From contig JAVZCB010000001.1 in assembly GCA_038874595.1 (NCBI GenBank), positions 161,052-225,051 of the forward strand: a stretch of 64,000 nt of DNA, given 5' to 3'. A program made the position numbers and the translations under genes. The stretch comes from Candidatus Micrarchaeia archaeon (GTDB lineage Archaea > Micrarchaeota > Micrarchaeia > CAILAH01). Below the pieces are notes generated by a model that searched no databases, was not told the origin of the DNA, and saw only the letters and a list, made by a program, of their open reading frames with translations. Of this stretch, positions 27,841 through 38,076 are shown in pieces; position 1 is the stretch's first letter, and each line of letters opens with the position of its first letter.

Positions 27841-29175
27841 ATGGCACGCGCAACCATTAAGGTTAAAGAGTGCCTGAGAAGCGTAAGAGATAAGTTTAAC
27901 TCCATGTTTGACATTAGACCGCCTTCCTTACAGTTAGCGTTTGCCATGGCGGGCGGGACGGCGTTTGCATCCAAAAGTCCACTTATAGAGCAAATCGCCG
28001 TGCCATCTTCACCTGATGATTATATTTCAAAATTCGATACGGGCCCCTTCCCTGAAAAGGGTACTCCTGCGCGTGGGCTTGCTGAGTGGGAATCATTGCA
28101 TATACTTTATCCAAAGGAAATTAATGATACAAATAAGGGATGGAAGAGATTCATAGAAATGAAAGATGCCCAAAAAGAAGTTAAAAGGATGCTTGAAGCG
28201 CCAGGTGCATGCCATGAGTACCTTGCATATGAAGCTGCAAAGCTGTCATGCGAGAAGAGCGCCATTAGGTATACATTGCATATAATGGTAGGTGCACTTG
28301 CAGAAGATTATGTTTTTATGCCTGGTGAGACACTTGATGACCTGTTCGTAAAGAAGCCAATTAAAAAATACAAAAACATAGAGGAATATGCAAACGCACT
28401 TGTGCCTTTAAACGAGAGGGACCCGGAAGTGCCGAGCATGCTCAAAAGCATGTTCTGGCTGGTTGCAAAAATATGGAAGAAAATTGCCGGAGGCAATATC
28501 CAGGATGATGTGATAAACAGGCCGTACATGGCACATTTCTATGATAATTCTCGTGAAGAAGGGGACCGTGGCCTCAATGTTCAGAATGGCGAGATTAAAT
28601 TCCAGAGTGCGCTTGACAGGCTAAAAGCATACTGGAAGCTTGCAACTATATACTACCAGAATGGTGATAAGAGCAAGGCATACGTGGCGCTTGGGCATAT
28701 GGTCCATTTAATATCAGATTTGCACGTGCCTGCACACGTTCACAATGACATCCACGGCCCAACACGATTCCTTGGCAAGCTGGATTCTTTTGAGCAATGG
28801 TTAAAGAGAAGTGATTATCCTCATATCCAGCGCGGCGAGAAAGACATGAACATTAAAATTTGGAGCAGCGCTTCCCTTACCCCACCTTCACCGGATACTT
28901 CTTGGACACCTGATAACATCAACGAAAAACTAGATCATTTTGTAAACAGCATCGTTAATGTAACAAGGCAATATAAAAGCGTAGATGTTGAGGGCGATGC
29001 GCCCGGGCAGAAAGTCCTATCCAAGAAAGGGCTTACTGATGATGAGTGCTACTACCAAGCTGAGCACCTGATACCACTGGCGATACAGAATTCATCTCAG
29101 TTAATAGTGAACTTCATCAATTACCAGAAAGCACTTGAATTGAAAAATATGACGGTATCCGCCTCCATCTGTTAA
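27841..29175 (+). CDS. Zinc-dependent phospholipase C / S1-P1 nuclease fold protein
   Basis: CHEYL, GALAED, AHFYD, LGHMVHLISDLHVPAH, FEQW metal-ligand pattern. Confidence 0.75.
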   Translation: MARATIKVKECLRSVRDKFNSMFDIRPPSLQLAFAMAGGTAFASKSPLIEQIAVPSSPDDYISKFDTGPFPEKGTPARGLAEWESLHILYPKEINDTNKGWKRFIEMKDAQKEVKRMLEAPGACHEYLAYEAAKLSCEKSAIRYTLHIMVGALAEDYVFMPGETLDDLFVKKPIKKYKNIEEYANALVPLNERDPEVPSMLKSMFWLVAKIWKKIAGGNIQDDVINRPYMAHFYDNSREEGDRGLNVQNGEIKFQSALDRLKAYWKLATIYYQNGDKSKAYVALGHMVHLISDLHVPAHVHNDIHGPTRFLGKLDSFEQWLKRSDYPHIQRGEKDMNIKIWSSASLTPPSPDTSWTPDNINEKLDHFVNSIVNVTRQYKSVDVEGDAPGQKVLSKKGLTDDECYYQAEHLIPLAIQNSSQLIVNFINYQKALELKNMTVSASIC

Positions 29176-29239
29176 CTGGAGCTTATATTATTTTGTGGCA
29201 ATCATTACATATTTTATCTAATAGGCAAAAGGTGCAAAT

Positions 29240-30778
29240 GTGCAAAACAAACTATCACAGCTGAATGCGCTTTTCCTTGCGGTATTACTACTTATTGCAG
29301 GGTGTGCGATATCTATAAGTATTCTTGACCTGTTCGTGCTGCCTGCTTTGGTGCCAGCAGAAAGCGCAACTGCAAGGCTGGCAGATATACCTCACGGAAT
29401 TAATGCATCAATCGATTCGCCACAAGAGCTGTATGTGCCTGAGGATTCGCCGTTTGAAATTGCAATTACGCTAAGCACACCTGAAATCAAAGATGGCGAA
29501 ACTGTGGTTGTGTATATTGTTGCTAACGATAGCATACGCGATGTGCACGAATGTGTGCCATCTGACGAGGAAGTAACTTTTGTCGGGAAAACACAAATAC
29601 ACTGTAATGTGAGCATTGCACACGCATACATAGTGCGTGAGCAGGTAATCTTGTACCCTGTGCTTGAGCATTACCTAACCGGCCCGATTGCGCGTGCCGA
29701 CCCGATAGTGCTGGCGATTGATTGGGATGAGTATGATTCACTGCTGTGGGGATACTCAATAATGATGCTTTTTGCCTCAATCATCGCGCTTGCGTTTATG
29801 GCAGCTGTGCTCATAATCGTGCTTTATGTTGCGGCTGGCGCGAAGCACATTGAGGAATACAAAGAAGAATACAGCCTCTCAACCCTCCTCCTTCCGTTCA
29901 AGAATGCCAAAAGCTGGACCGAAATGTACCAGGCGCTTATCTCATCACCATGGTTCTGGATTACAGAGGTTGCAGGTATCGCAGTTCTTCTCTTTTACAT
30001 TATGTTTGCATCAAACTCGCTCGTATCGTTCTCGGCGTTTTTTGCGTTTATGCTGAGCGGTTTTCTTGCGTTCATAACACCTTTCCTGTGGACTGCTGTT
30101 ATGTGGCTTGCAGATTACAAGGAGCGTGAGCCTCTCAGGATTATTGTATCGCTGTTCCTGTGGGGCGGCCTTGCAGGCCTGATGTCAATAGGCCTGAACT
30201 CACTGTTAGGCAATATATTCATTGCAATTGGGGTAGGGTTTCTCTCTGCGATGATCATTGCACCGCTTGTAGAGGAGTTTTTCAAGGGTATGGGCATCGC
30301 AGTGTTCTCGTTGCATCATGAACTCAACAATATGGTCGATGGCCTCGTATATGGTTTTATAATAGGGATGGGGTTTGCTTTTGTTGAGGATTGGCTGTAT
30401 CTATTAAACAATCCAATGGGTGGCAATCCAGCAATGTGGTTTGCAGTGTTCATATTGCGCTCGATAGTATTCTCTGCAACACATGGTGTGTTCACATCCC
30501 TCACAGGAGCTATAATAGGTTACCTTAAAGAGAAGGAGTTTGCGTTCCCGACACTCGGCCTGCTGTTTGCACCGTTGCCTGCGATGGCCCTGCACGCCAT
30601 ACACAATTCAATGGAATTCTGGTCATTGTTCGGTGGACTTGGGCAGGTTGCATACTGTTGCATCCTCCTCCCACTGTTTGATTATGGTGGCTTGGCTTTT
30701 GTAATGATTCTTCTCATCATTGGAGTGTATCTAATGCAGCCATTAAAACAAAAGGGCAAGAAAGCACTTGGAACCTAA
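29240..30778 (+). CDS. prsW: PrsW family intramembrane glutamic protease with N-terminal extracellular domain
   Basis: DYKEREP, APLVEEFFK, GFAFVED, ATHG, LHAIHN. Confidence 0.88.
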   Translation: MQNKLSQLNALFLAVLLLIAGCAISISILDLFVLPALVPAESATARLADIPHGINASIDSPQELYVPEDSPFEIAITLSTPEIKDGETVVVYIVANDSIRDVHECVPSDEEVTFVGKTQIHCNVSIAHAYIVREQVILYPVLEHYLTGPIARADPIVLAIDWDEYDSLLWGYSIMMLFASIIALAFMAAVLIIVLYVAAGAKHIEEYKEEYSLSTLLLPFKNAKSWTEMYQALISSPWFWITEVAGIAVLLFYIMFASNSLVSFSAFFAFMLSGFLAFITPFLWTAVMWLADYKEREPLRIIVSLFLWGGLAGLMSIGLNSLLGNIFIAIGVGFLSAMIIAPLVEEFFKGMGIAVFSLHHELNNMVDGLVYGFIIGMGFAFVEDWLYLLNNPMGGNPAMWFAVFILRSIVFSATHGVFTSLTGAIIGYLKEKEFAFPTLGLLFAPLPAMALHAIHNSMEFWSLFGGLGQVAYCCILLPLFDYGGLAFVMILLIIGVYLMQPLKQKGKKALGT

Positions 30779-30900
30779 TCAAACACGGCAGCCAGCTGGC
30801 CAGGCACGTATGCTTTTATTACCATATCACCAGGAGGGCAAAATGCAATTGCGTTGGCCAGTATGGTAATGTTTTTATTACTGGCAACTTATAATTTGGC

Positions 30901-32571
30901 ATGGCCAATACGGAATCATCCTCACTTATGCAGACGATGCTGAGGAGAAGGGCTAGGAAAAAGGCCTATAACCCAAACCAGCTGTCGCTTGACTTGTTCG
31001 GTGAAAAAAAGCCCAAATGTGAGGAGGATATCAATTGTATACTCGACTCAAAACTGGCCGCTTATGACTTCTCTCTTCTCAAGCCGCATCAGTATGAATA
31101 CAGGACATACCAGAAAAAAGCACTCTTGTTTGCACTTGAGAATAAGAGCGCAATAATACAACTAGGAACCGGTACCGGAAAAACCGATATTGAGTTCCTA
31201 CTTGCTGCTGAGTCGCTCAAGCGTGGGAAAGTGATGCTTGTCGCTGATACGCATATCCTGTGCAAGCAGCATTATGATGCTGCAATAGGCCCGTGCGGCT
31301 TTAATTTAAGCAAAGATGAGATTGCGTTTGCGGTCGGTGAGAACCGCCAGAAACGGAAGGACCCTGAGTTTTACAGGAAGGCCAGGCTTGTTATTGGCAC
31401 GCCAGAGGCGATAATGCAGGATATTATAAGAGACCGCCTTTATATTCAGGATTTTGCATTAATTATCCTTGATGAAGTCCATCATACGCTTGGTGCCGAT
31501 GATTACATGCACATAGTCAATCTTGCAATTGGGTTTGGCGTGCCGCGTGTCGGGTTTTCAGCCTCCCCGGCAGAGAACAAGGAGCGTCTTCTTGCACTCA
31601 TGGATAATATGCAGGTAAAGCATATTTTTTCAGGAGACCAAAAAGAGATAGAAAGGTATGTTGGTTACGCGCCGCATATTAAATTATGGGTACCTCTTGA
31701 AGAAAAAAGAAAGGAAGCTTTACGTGTATACGGTGAACTCATAAAAGAACTTATGGATAAGATGCTCCATTATGCGAATTATGCAGGGATGGACATACTG
31801 CTAAAGCATTACAGACATCTAACGTATGAGTTTAGGATACCCAGAACAAAAGAACTTAATAGCGGGATGCACATAATTAACCAGTACAGGGACAGGTTCA
31901 CATCTTATGATGACCAATCTGAGGCATATTACCTTACCTGCTCTTACCATGCGGCAGTCTACAAGGCATGCTATCATTACACTACACTTGAGCGTATAGG
32001 GACTGAAGAATTTTTTGAGTATCATAAGAAACTCTCTATGGACCAGACAAAGGCAGCTGCCTTACTGCGGGAATCCGATAAGTACCAGAAATGCCTTAGC
32101 ATAGCAGCATCGTTGGAAGACCATCCTAAGCTCACATACATATACAACCTATTGGCAGAGCATAATGAGCAGGCAATAATTTTCGTTGAAACAAAATCGC
32201 ACGCGTTACGCCTTGCAGCCAAGCTTAGCAAAAGCACTTTCCCGGCAGTTGCGTTGCTCGGCAAGTCAGAGATGAGTGAGAAAAAACAACTTCGTATTAG
32301 AAGGGATTTTGAAGAGGGAAAGTTTCAAGTGCTTGTTGCAACAAGCGTTGCAAACGAGGGGCTGCACATGCCGGCAATAAAACTGTGCATAAACTACTCT
32401 GCACCATATTCGCACATTGCAATGCAACAGCGGATTGGTAGGGTACGCGGGGCGCAGGGTAAGATTTACACACTTATAGGGCAGGATACAAGCGATGTAA
32501 TACTTTACCACGTATCACAAGCACGCAAAAAATCACTTAAAAAGATATATAATGACTGGGCGGAGCATTAG
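30901..32571 (+). CDS. Hef/FANCM-like SF2 helicase (no ERCC4 nuclease domain)
   Basis: YRTYQ, GTGTGKT, DEVH, GFSASP, HPKL, ATSVANEGLH, QRIGR; ends without nuclease domain. Confidence 0.85.
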   Translation: MANTESSSLMQTMLRRRARKKAYNPNQLSLDLFGEKKPKCEEDINCILDSKLAAYDFSLLKPHQYEYRTYQKKALLFALENKSAIIQLGTGTGKTDIEFLLAAESLKRGKVMLVADTHILCKQHYDAAIGPCGFNLSKDEIAFAVGENRQKRKDPEFYRKARLVIGTPEAIMQDIIRDRLYIQDFALIILDEVHHTLGADDYMHIVNLAIGFGVPRVGFSASPAENKERLLALMDNMQVKHIFSGDQKEIERYVGYAPHIKLWVPLEEKRKEALRVYGELIKELMDKMLHYANYAGMDILLKHYRHLTYEFRIPRTKELNSGMHIINQYRDRFTSYDDQSEAYYLTCSYHAAVYKACYHYTTLERIGTEEFFEYHKKLSMDQTKAAALLRESDKYQKCLSIAASLEDHPKLTYIYNLLAEHNEQAIIFVETKSHALRLAAKLSKSTFPAVALLGKSEMSEKKQLRIRRDFEEGKFQVLVATSVANEGLHMPAIKLCINYSAPYSHIAMQQRIGRVRGAQGKIYTLIGQDTSDVILYHVSQARKKSLKKIYNDWAEH

Positions 32572-32704
32572 CAAGTTCCGGAAGCATTGGAAACCTGCTC
32601 GTGCATGTTTTTTATATTGCATTCGATACATTCAATATTATGTTTGCAACAAAAATAAAGAAGCCGTATTGGCTTTAGGCATAACAATAAAAAAGAGCAG
32701 TTAT

Positions 32705-32857
32705 TTATTCTTCTTCCGCAAACTTTTTTATTGCATCAAAGTTTTCAACTATAAGCCTGGCCTTTCTTTTCCCAAAACTAAAGGGAAACTTATCGGCCTC
32801 AGATGCTTTAAGAACTATCAACTTGTTCCCATTGTATTCAGTGTACTCAACTGCCAT
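32705..32857 (-). CDS. Small hypothetical protein (50 aa); missed by ORF track
   Basis: MAVEYTEYNGNKLIVLKASEADKFPFSFGKRKARLIVENFDAIKKFAEEE; GGGGGTG RBS; followed by T-rich tract. Confidence 0.7.
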   Translation of the reverse strand: MAVEYTEYNGNKLIVLKASEADKFPFSFGKRKARLIVENFDAIKKFAEEE

Positions 32858-33000
32858 TCATTACACCCCCTTATCCTTTATAGGTTTCTTCTATTATTAT
32901 GTATGTAATGTTATATAAGCTTAACTATTAATAATATGATACATACCATACTCTGCGCTAGATAGCACTAGTACAATAAAAGACGTTTCCAGCAGATAAA

Positions 33001-34917
33001 TCATAACATCTTTAACAGCTTTCTTTTCTTTGCTGAATCGTGCAGTGCATACTCTAGCACTTCCTTGAATGTTTTTACTGGGATTATACGCACTTTCTTA
33101 AGCTGGTCTTTGCTAAGTACTACATCGTCCTTATTACTGAACGGGATAATTACCGCTTCCATACCAGTTTCAATCGCGGCCTCTATTTTTGGGCTTACAC
33201 CACCAACGGGCAGGACTTCACCGCGCACGCTCAGCGACCCTGTCATTGCAATATTCTGTTTAATCGGAATTTCCTCAAGCGCCGAGAATACCGCAGTTGC
33301 TATGCTTATGCTGGCACTGTCACCTTCAACACCTTCGTAAGTCTGCAAAAACTGGATGTGTATATCCTTGTTTGTAACATCCGCACCAAGATGCCTCTTT
33401 ATTATTGCAGATACGTTCTCAACCGCCTCTTTTGCAATCTCACCAAGCTTGCCTGTAGCAATAATCCTATTCTCCTGCTTTGAGCTGGCAGGGGTAATCT
33501 GCGCCTCTATGGGTAGCACGATACCTGAACTCCCTTCACCAATAACAGCAAGGCCGTTCACTTTTCCGATTGCAACTCCTTTGTTTGCAAATACATCATA
33601 CTCCTTCTTGAAATCGATAATTTTTGAAGCAATCTGCTGCTCAAGCGGTGATGCAACACTTCTGGCCTGCTGAACGTGCTTTGCCTCAACAACCTTTGCG
33701 CCTTGCTCAACTGCAATATCCCCCGCAGCACGAATCAGACCGCCCAGGTCACGCATCCTTAATGTAAGCTTGCCTTTCCTTCCCGCCATCCTCTTTGCAG
33801 AGTTTATTATCTCTTCAACGGCACCGTTTGAAAAGTGCGGTATCTTTCCATCTTTTTTGACTTCCTGTGCAATAAACTGGACAAACTTCTTCCTGTTCTC
33901 AGGAGTGTCATCAATTGTATCCTCCATGTACACCTCATACCCATATCCCTTTATCCGTGAGCGGAGTGCCGGGTGTATCTTTGTAACATCCTGGAGATTA
34001 CCAGCAGCAACAAGCAGGAAATCGCAAGGGACGGGATCGGTGCGAACAAGCGCGCCCGAGCTCGTCTCGCTCTGGCCCGTTATCGGAAATTTCTTGTTCT
34101 GCATTGCAGAAAGCAGGTCCTGCTGTGATTTCTGCCCAAGCAGTGCAACTTCATCGATGAACAAAACACCCTTATGTGCCTTATGTATTGCTCCTGCCTC
34201 AACACGCAGGTGTGCCGGCGTACCAAGCCCGCCGCTCTGCAGGGGGTCGTGCTTAACATCACCAAACAATGCACCTGCCTTTGACCCTGTAGCCTCATGG
34301 AACGGTGCAGTTTCCCTGAAACTGTTATCAACAATCAGTTTTGGCTCAGAGGGTGCATACATCTGCCCCATCCTCTTGCTGAGCTGCGAAACAAACAGCC
34401 ACGCAGCAAGCAGGATAAACGCACCGAGCGTGCCAGCAGCAATCAAGTTTGTTGAGCCAGGCATAGCATTCTGGTAGATTATGGCTGCGATAACAGAGAT
34501 TGCAATTATAATCAGCAGAACCTTAACAATTGAAAATGAGCCGCTTTCACTTGTAGCCATCTCCTTCCTATGGCTCTCTATTATGCGCCTTCCCTTACCG
34601 GGAAGTTTCCTCTTTAACTCATCGGGTGAATCATATGTTTTTACAACGCGCACTTTCGGATTGTTCTCATCATGCTTGTTTGGGTAAATCAGCACATCTT
34701 CAAGCTCTTCTGCAGGCAGCATCTCAGACATTGCCTGTGCTAGCATGCTCTTTCCAGTACCGGGCTGCCCTACAAGCAGGACGTGCCGTTTCTGCCTTGC
34801 AGCCTTGCGTATAATATCAACCGCCTTATCCTGGCCGATAACCTGTTCAATAAGCTTCTCTGGGACCTTAATCTCACTAGTATCTTTGTTCACGTATTTC
34901 AACAGAAACCACCGCAC
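33001..34917 (-). CDS. lonB: Membrane-bound ATP-dependent protease LonB
   Basis: [13 protein letters not shown], two TM insert, LFIDE, EGDSASI, VGGVSPK. Confidence 0.97.
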   Translation of the reverse strand: MRWFLLKYVNKDTSEIKVPEKLIEQVIGQDKAVDIIRKAARQKRHVLLVGQPGTGKSMLAQAMSEMLPAEELEDVLIYPNKHDENNPKVRVVKTYDSPDELKRKLPGKGRRIIESHRKEMATSESGSFSIVKVLLIIIAISVIAAIIYQNAMPGSTNLIAAGTLGAFILLAAWLFVSQLSKRMGQMYAPSEPKLIVDNSFRETAPFHEATGSKAGALFGDVKHDPLQSGGLGTPAHLRVEAGAIHKAHKGVLFIDEVALLGQKSQQDLLSAMQNKKFPITGQSETSSGALVRTDPVPCDFLLVAAGNLQDVTKIHPALRSRIKGYGYEVYMEDTIDDTPENRKKFVQFIAQEVKKDGKIPHFSNGAVEEIINSAKRMAGRKGKLTLRMRDLGGLIRAAGDIAVEQGAKVVEAKHVQQARSVASPLEQQIASKIIDFKKEYDVFANKGVAIGKVNGLAVIGEGSSGIVLPIEAQITPASSKQENRIIATGKLGEIAKEAVENVSAIIKRHLGADVTNKDIHIQFLQTYEGVEGDSASISIATAVFSALEEIPIKQNIAMTGSLSVRGEVLPVGGVSPKIEAAIETGMEAVIIPFSNKDDVVLSKDQLKKVRIIPVKTFKEVLEYALHDSAKKRKLLKML

Positions 34918-35002
34918 ATAATTTCAGCGTGCAATTGTTTTTATCTGCATCTGCACCAAGCGTATATTAGGTTTAAAAACTTTACGATTATTGTTTATGC
35001 AT

Positions 35003-35980
35003 ATGGCTAGAAAAAGCAAGCCCGCAAAGGCTATGAAAAGCAATGATGATGATAAACAACAAACTATTTCTTCCAATGTAGGTGCAATCGTGTGCCCGAA
35101 CTGTGGTAGCCGGCGCATAGTTAGAGATTATGAGCGAGGGGAACTCGTGTGTGCTGACTGCGGCCTTGTGATTGCAGAGCACCTCATTGATATGGGTGCT
35201 GAATGGCGTGCATACAGCTCTGATGAGCTTAAAGCCAAAGCGCGCGGCGGCGCACCTATAAAATACATACGGCCGGATAAGGGGCTTACAACTGAGATTG
35301 ACCTCTATAACAGGGATATCCGCGGCCTTAAAATTTCCGGTAAAAAGGTTGCACAGATATCCAGGATGCGTAAGTGGCACAAGAGGTCGGCGGTATCAAC
35401 ATCTATTGAGAGAAATCTTATGATTGCGCTTAATGAGCTTGACAGGATTGCATCATACCTGGCGCTTTCAAAGGATGTGCGTGAGGATGCTGCCCTGCTG
35501 TACAGGCAGGTTGCAGAGAAAGGCCTTGTCCGTGGCAGGCTCATAGAGAATGTAGTGAGTGCAGTGTTGTATGCAACGTGCAGAAAACACTCTATACCCA
35601 GAACGCTTGATGAGATAGCACAAGTGTCCGGTGTTGACAGGAAAGAAATCGGGAGGACGTTCAGGTTTATTTCGCACGAGCTTGATTTGAAAGTCCCGTT
35701 GGGCGGCCCTGAGCAGCTCATCCCGCGTGTCTCAACACGCCTCAAGCTGCCGGATAAGACAGTCGCAAAGGTCAGCGAGCTCTTTGATAAGGCAATGAAG
35801 AAAGACCTTGTAATTGGGCGCGGTCCACAGGGTGTAGTTGCTGCAATTGTGTATATCGCGTGTGAACTCACCGGTGAGAAAAGAACACAAAAAGAAATCG
35901 CTGAAGCGCTCGGTGTTACAGAAGTTACAATCAGGAACAGGTACAAGGAACTCGCAAGAGAGCTCGGTGTGAACATCTAA
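35003..35980 (+). CDS. tfb: Transcription initiation factor IIB
   Basis: Zn ribbon CPNCG..CADCG; EWRAY; two cyclin folds; GVTEVTIRNRYKE. Confidence 0.97.
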   Translation: MARKSKPAKAMKSNDDDKQQTISSNVGAIVCPNCGSRRIVRDYERGELVCADCGLVIAEHLIDMGAEWRAYSSDELKAKARGGAPIKYIRPDKGLTTEIDLYNRDIRGLKISGKKVAQISRMRKWHKRSAVSTSIERNLMIALNELDRIASYLALSKDVREDAALLYRQVAEKGLVRGRLIENVVSAVLYATCRKHSIPRTLDEIAQVSGVDRKEIGRTFRFISHELDLKVPLGGPEQLIPRVSTRLKLPDKTVAKVSELFDKAMKKDLVIGRGPQGVVAAIVYIACELTGEKRTQKEIAEALGVTEVTIRNRYKELARELGVNI

Positions 35981-36004
35981 ACATTTCTTTGTGCTTGTTT
36001 GGAG

Positions 36005-37093
36005 CTACAGTGGCTTTACATTTTCAATGGCCTCAACTATCTCCTTTGCTGTTGCAGTCGTCCTTATAATCCAATTCTTGTATACTGTTGGAGACGCCTT
36101 GAACCCTGAATCCCTCAGCGCACCCAATACCTTTTCGGTCTTGGGTATGTGCTTACCCCTAAATAAAGTGTGCAGCTCATAACAGAACCCCTCAAAGTTT
36201 TCACTCTTGATAGCATTTAATAAATTCAATTCCTCTTCAGAACTCCTGTACTCTCTCTTTTCGATCGTGTGTATCATCTTGTCAACGAATGCCGTGTCAT
36301 GAAGAAGCCCTGCCCAAAACGGGCCGGCAACCTGCATCTTGGCTCCACAAAAATCACATATTGCACTCTCTCCTGCCTTAAAGTATTTCCTGTGCAGGCA
36401 TTTTTCACAGTATGCCAGCATCTTCGATTTTGATAGGCTCTCATCGCATAGTACTGCACTTTTTCGTACTTCAAAAAATATCTTGATATAATGCCTGTGT
36501 GATATGGAAAGCTGAGGTATAACTGCAATGTTCCTCCCTGCAAATATGGATTGTATGCGCGATATAAGGATTCTTATCCCGCTCTCGTGCACAAACTCCT
36601 TATGAAATGGAATTGAGCCGTAAACCCGCCTGCACGCCTTTGATTCTGCACCGCATAATACTGCGGTGTCTGTTGCAGTAACCGAAAAATGTCCCCGCTT
36701 GCGCCAAGAAAAAGAGTCTGCAAGTGCATCAAAATAAGGTGCGGGTGTGCCAAACGGGTCTATCTCTACAAAATCATAGTTGTGCCTCATCAGCACAAAA
36801 CGCACATCATCGTTCACTACATTAATTTTACCTTCCAGATTGTTTAATGCAATATTCCTACGTATGAGTGCTATGGCCTTTTTGCTCAGGTCAACTGCAT
36901 CAGCACTCTCAACGCTGCTCTCGCATACTGCACGGATCGCTTTAATCCCTGTTGCGGAATGGCCATCACAAAACGATTTTGCACCGGTTACACTTATCGC
37001 TGCTGAGAGCAGGTCCCGGTTTATCTCCATCCGCGGGTTGTAGAATACACCTTCCTCACAAAGTATCCTGCAGCCTCCTTCCGAAATCATCAT
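36005..37093 (-). CDS. trm1: tRNA (guanine26-N2)-dimethyltransferase
   Basis: VFYNPRMEINRD, SATGIK, IDPFGTP, TATD, Zn ribbon, GPFWAG. Confidence 0.95.
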   Translation of the reverse strand: MMISEGGCRILCEEGVFYNPRMEINRDLLSAAISVTGAKSFCDGHSATGIKAIRAVCESSVESADAVDLSKKAIALIRRNIALNNLEGKINVVNDDVRFVLMRHNYDFVEIDPFGTPAPYFDALADSFSWRKRGHFSVTATDTAVLCGAESKACRRVYGSIPFHKEFVHESGIRILISRIQSIFAGRNIAVIPQLSISHRHYIKIFFEVRKSAVLCDESLSKSKMLAYCEKCLHRKYFKAGESAICDFCGAKMQVAGPFWAGLLHDTAFVDKMIHTIEKREYRSSEEELNLLNAIKSENFEGFCYELHTLFRGKHIPKTEKVLGALRDSGFKASPTVYKNWIIRTTATAKEIVEAIENVKPL

Positions 37094-37146
37094 CGGTAAC
37101 TTACGAATCCTTAATAATATAAGAGTATGCCGAGAATATTATCTTG

Positions 37147-38070
37147 ATGCAGTTTAAGGATTTGGCGAGAGTGGAGATTGACGGTCGCACAATCTGTCTC
37201 GATATGAACGGTGACATATCATACATTTCCCATGCGCATTCAGACCACGTATCAGGGAAAAAGAAAGATGAAGTGATCGCTTCGGACCCTACAATAAGCC
37301 TGGCAGACATAGTGTTTAATTCAAAGCTTGCTCATGATTATGTGAGGCTCCATCCAGCAGGCCATATGCTAGGTGCGACACAAATAGAGATACAAAAGGA
37401 TGGTGGAAATTTCGTGTATACGGGGGATTTCAGCATTGCTGACGGGTTTACCTATAAAGGTGCTGAGATTGTTGAAGCTGATGAGCTGCTCATTGAGTCT
37501 ACGTACGGTTCGCCTGATTATCATTTTCCAAAAAAAGAGGATATTGCACAATTAGTGCGCAAAGAAGTACTGAGCAGGCTTAAATATGGTAATGTGATAT
37601 TTGCGGTTTATGCAAAAGGGAAATCGCAAGAGCTTATACGTATGCTTAATGAGTTCTGCAATATAACCCCTGTTGTAAGCCCTGAAGTTGCACGCATAAG
37701 CCAAATTTATGTGAAACACGGCCAGAACCTCTCTTTCATAAGCTCACATTCCGAAGAAGCGGGGGATGTGTTCAGGGATAACTTTGTGGGTATAATCCCA
37801 AAATCGCAGTTCAGGCCTGAGCTCAAGATACGGCTTACACAACATTACCGCAAGCCGTGCTATTTTGGGTCGCTCAGCGGCTGGAATGCGAAGTTTCCAA
37901 GCGATGTGTATGACATTGCGCTCCCGTTAAGTGACCATGCGGATTTTAATGATTTGATTGAGTATGTTGACCATAGCAATCCCAAAAAAGTTTATGTGTT
38001 TGGTGCATTTGCCGAAACACTTGCAAATGTGCTAAAGCTGCGTGGGTATCAATCGTTTGCTGTGAGGTAG
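37147..38070 (+). CDS. MBL-fold beta-CASP-like nuclease
   Basis: SHAHSDH, AGHMLG, YTGD, ESTYG, SDHADF. Confidence 0.88.
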   Translation: MQFKDLARVEIDGRTICLDMNGDISYISHAHSDHVSGKKKDEVIASDPTISLADIVFNSKLAHDYVRLHPAGHMLGATQIEIQKDGGNFVYTGDFSIADGFTYKGAEIVEADELLIESTYGSPDYHFPKKEDIAQLVRKEVLSRLKYGNVIFAVYAKGKSQELIRMLNEFCNITPVVSPEVARISQIYVKHGQNLSFISSHSEEAGDVFRDNFVGIIPKSQFRPELKIRLTQHYRKPCYFGSLSGWNAKFPSDVYDIALPLSDHADFNDLIEYVDHSNPKKVYVFGAFAETLANVLKLRGYQSFAVR

Positions 38071-38076
38071 TATAAT

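Noticed and set aside
32552-32908. 118-aa plus-strand ORF
   Set aside because: No RBS and atypical composition; the opposite strand has a better 50-aa ORF with an RBS.
33065-35976. Long antisense ORFs over lonB and tfb (and similar ones over mutL, secD and ribosomal genes)
   Set aside because: Shadow ORFs of well-conserved genes with no motifs of their own.
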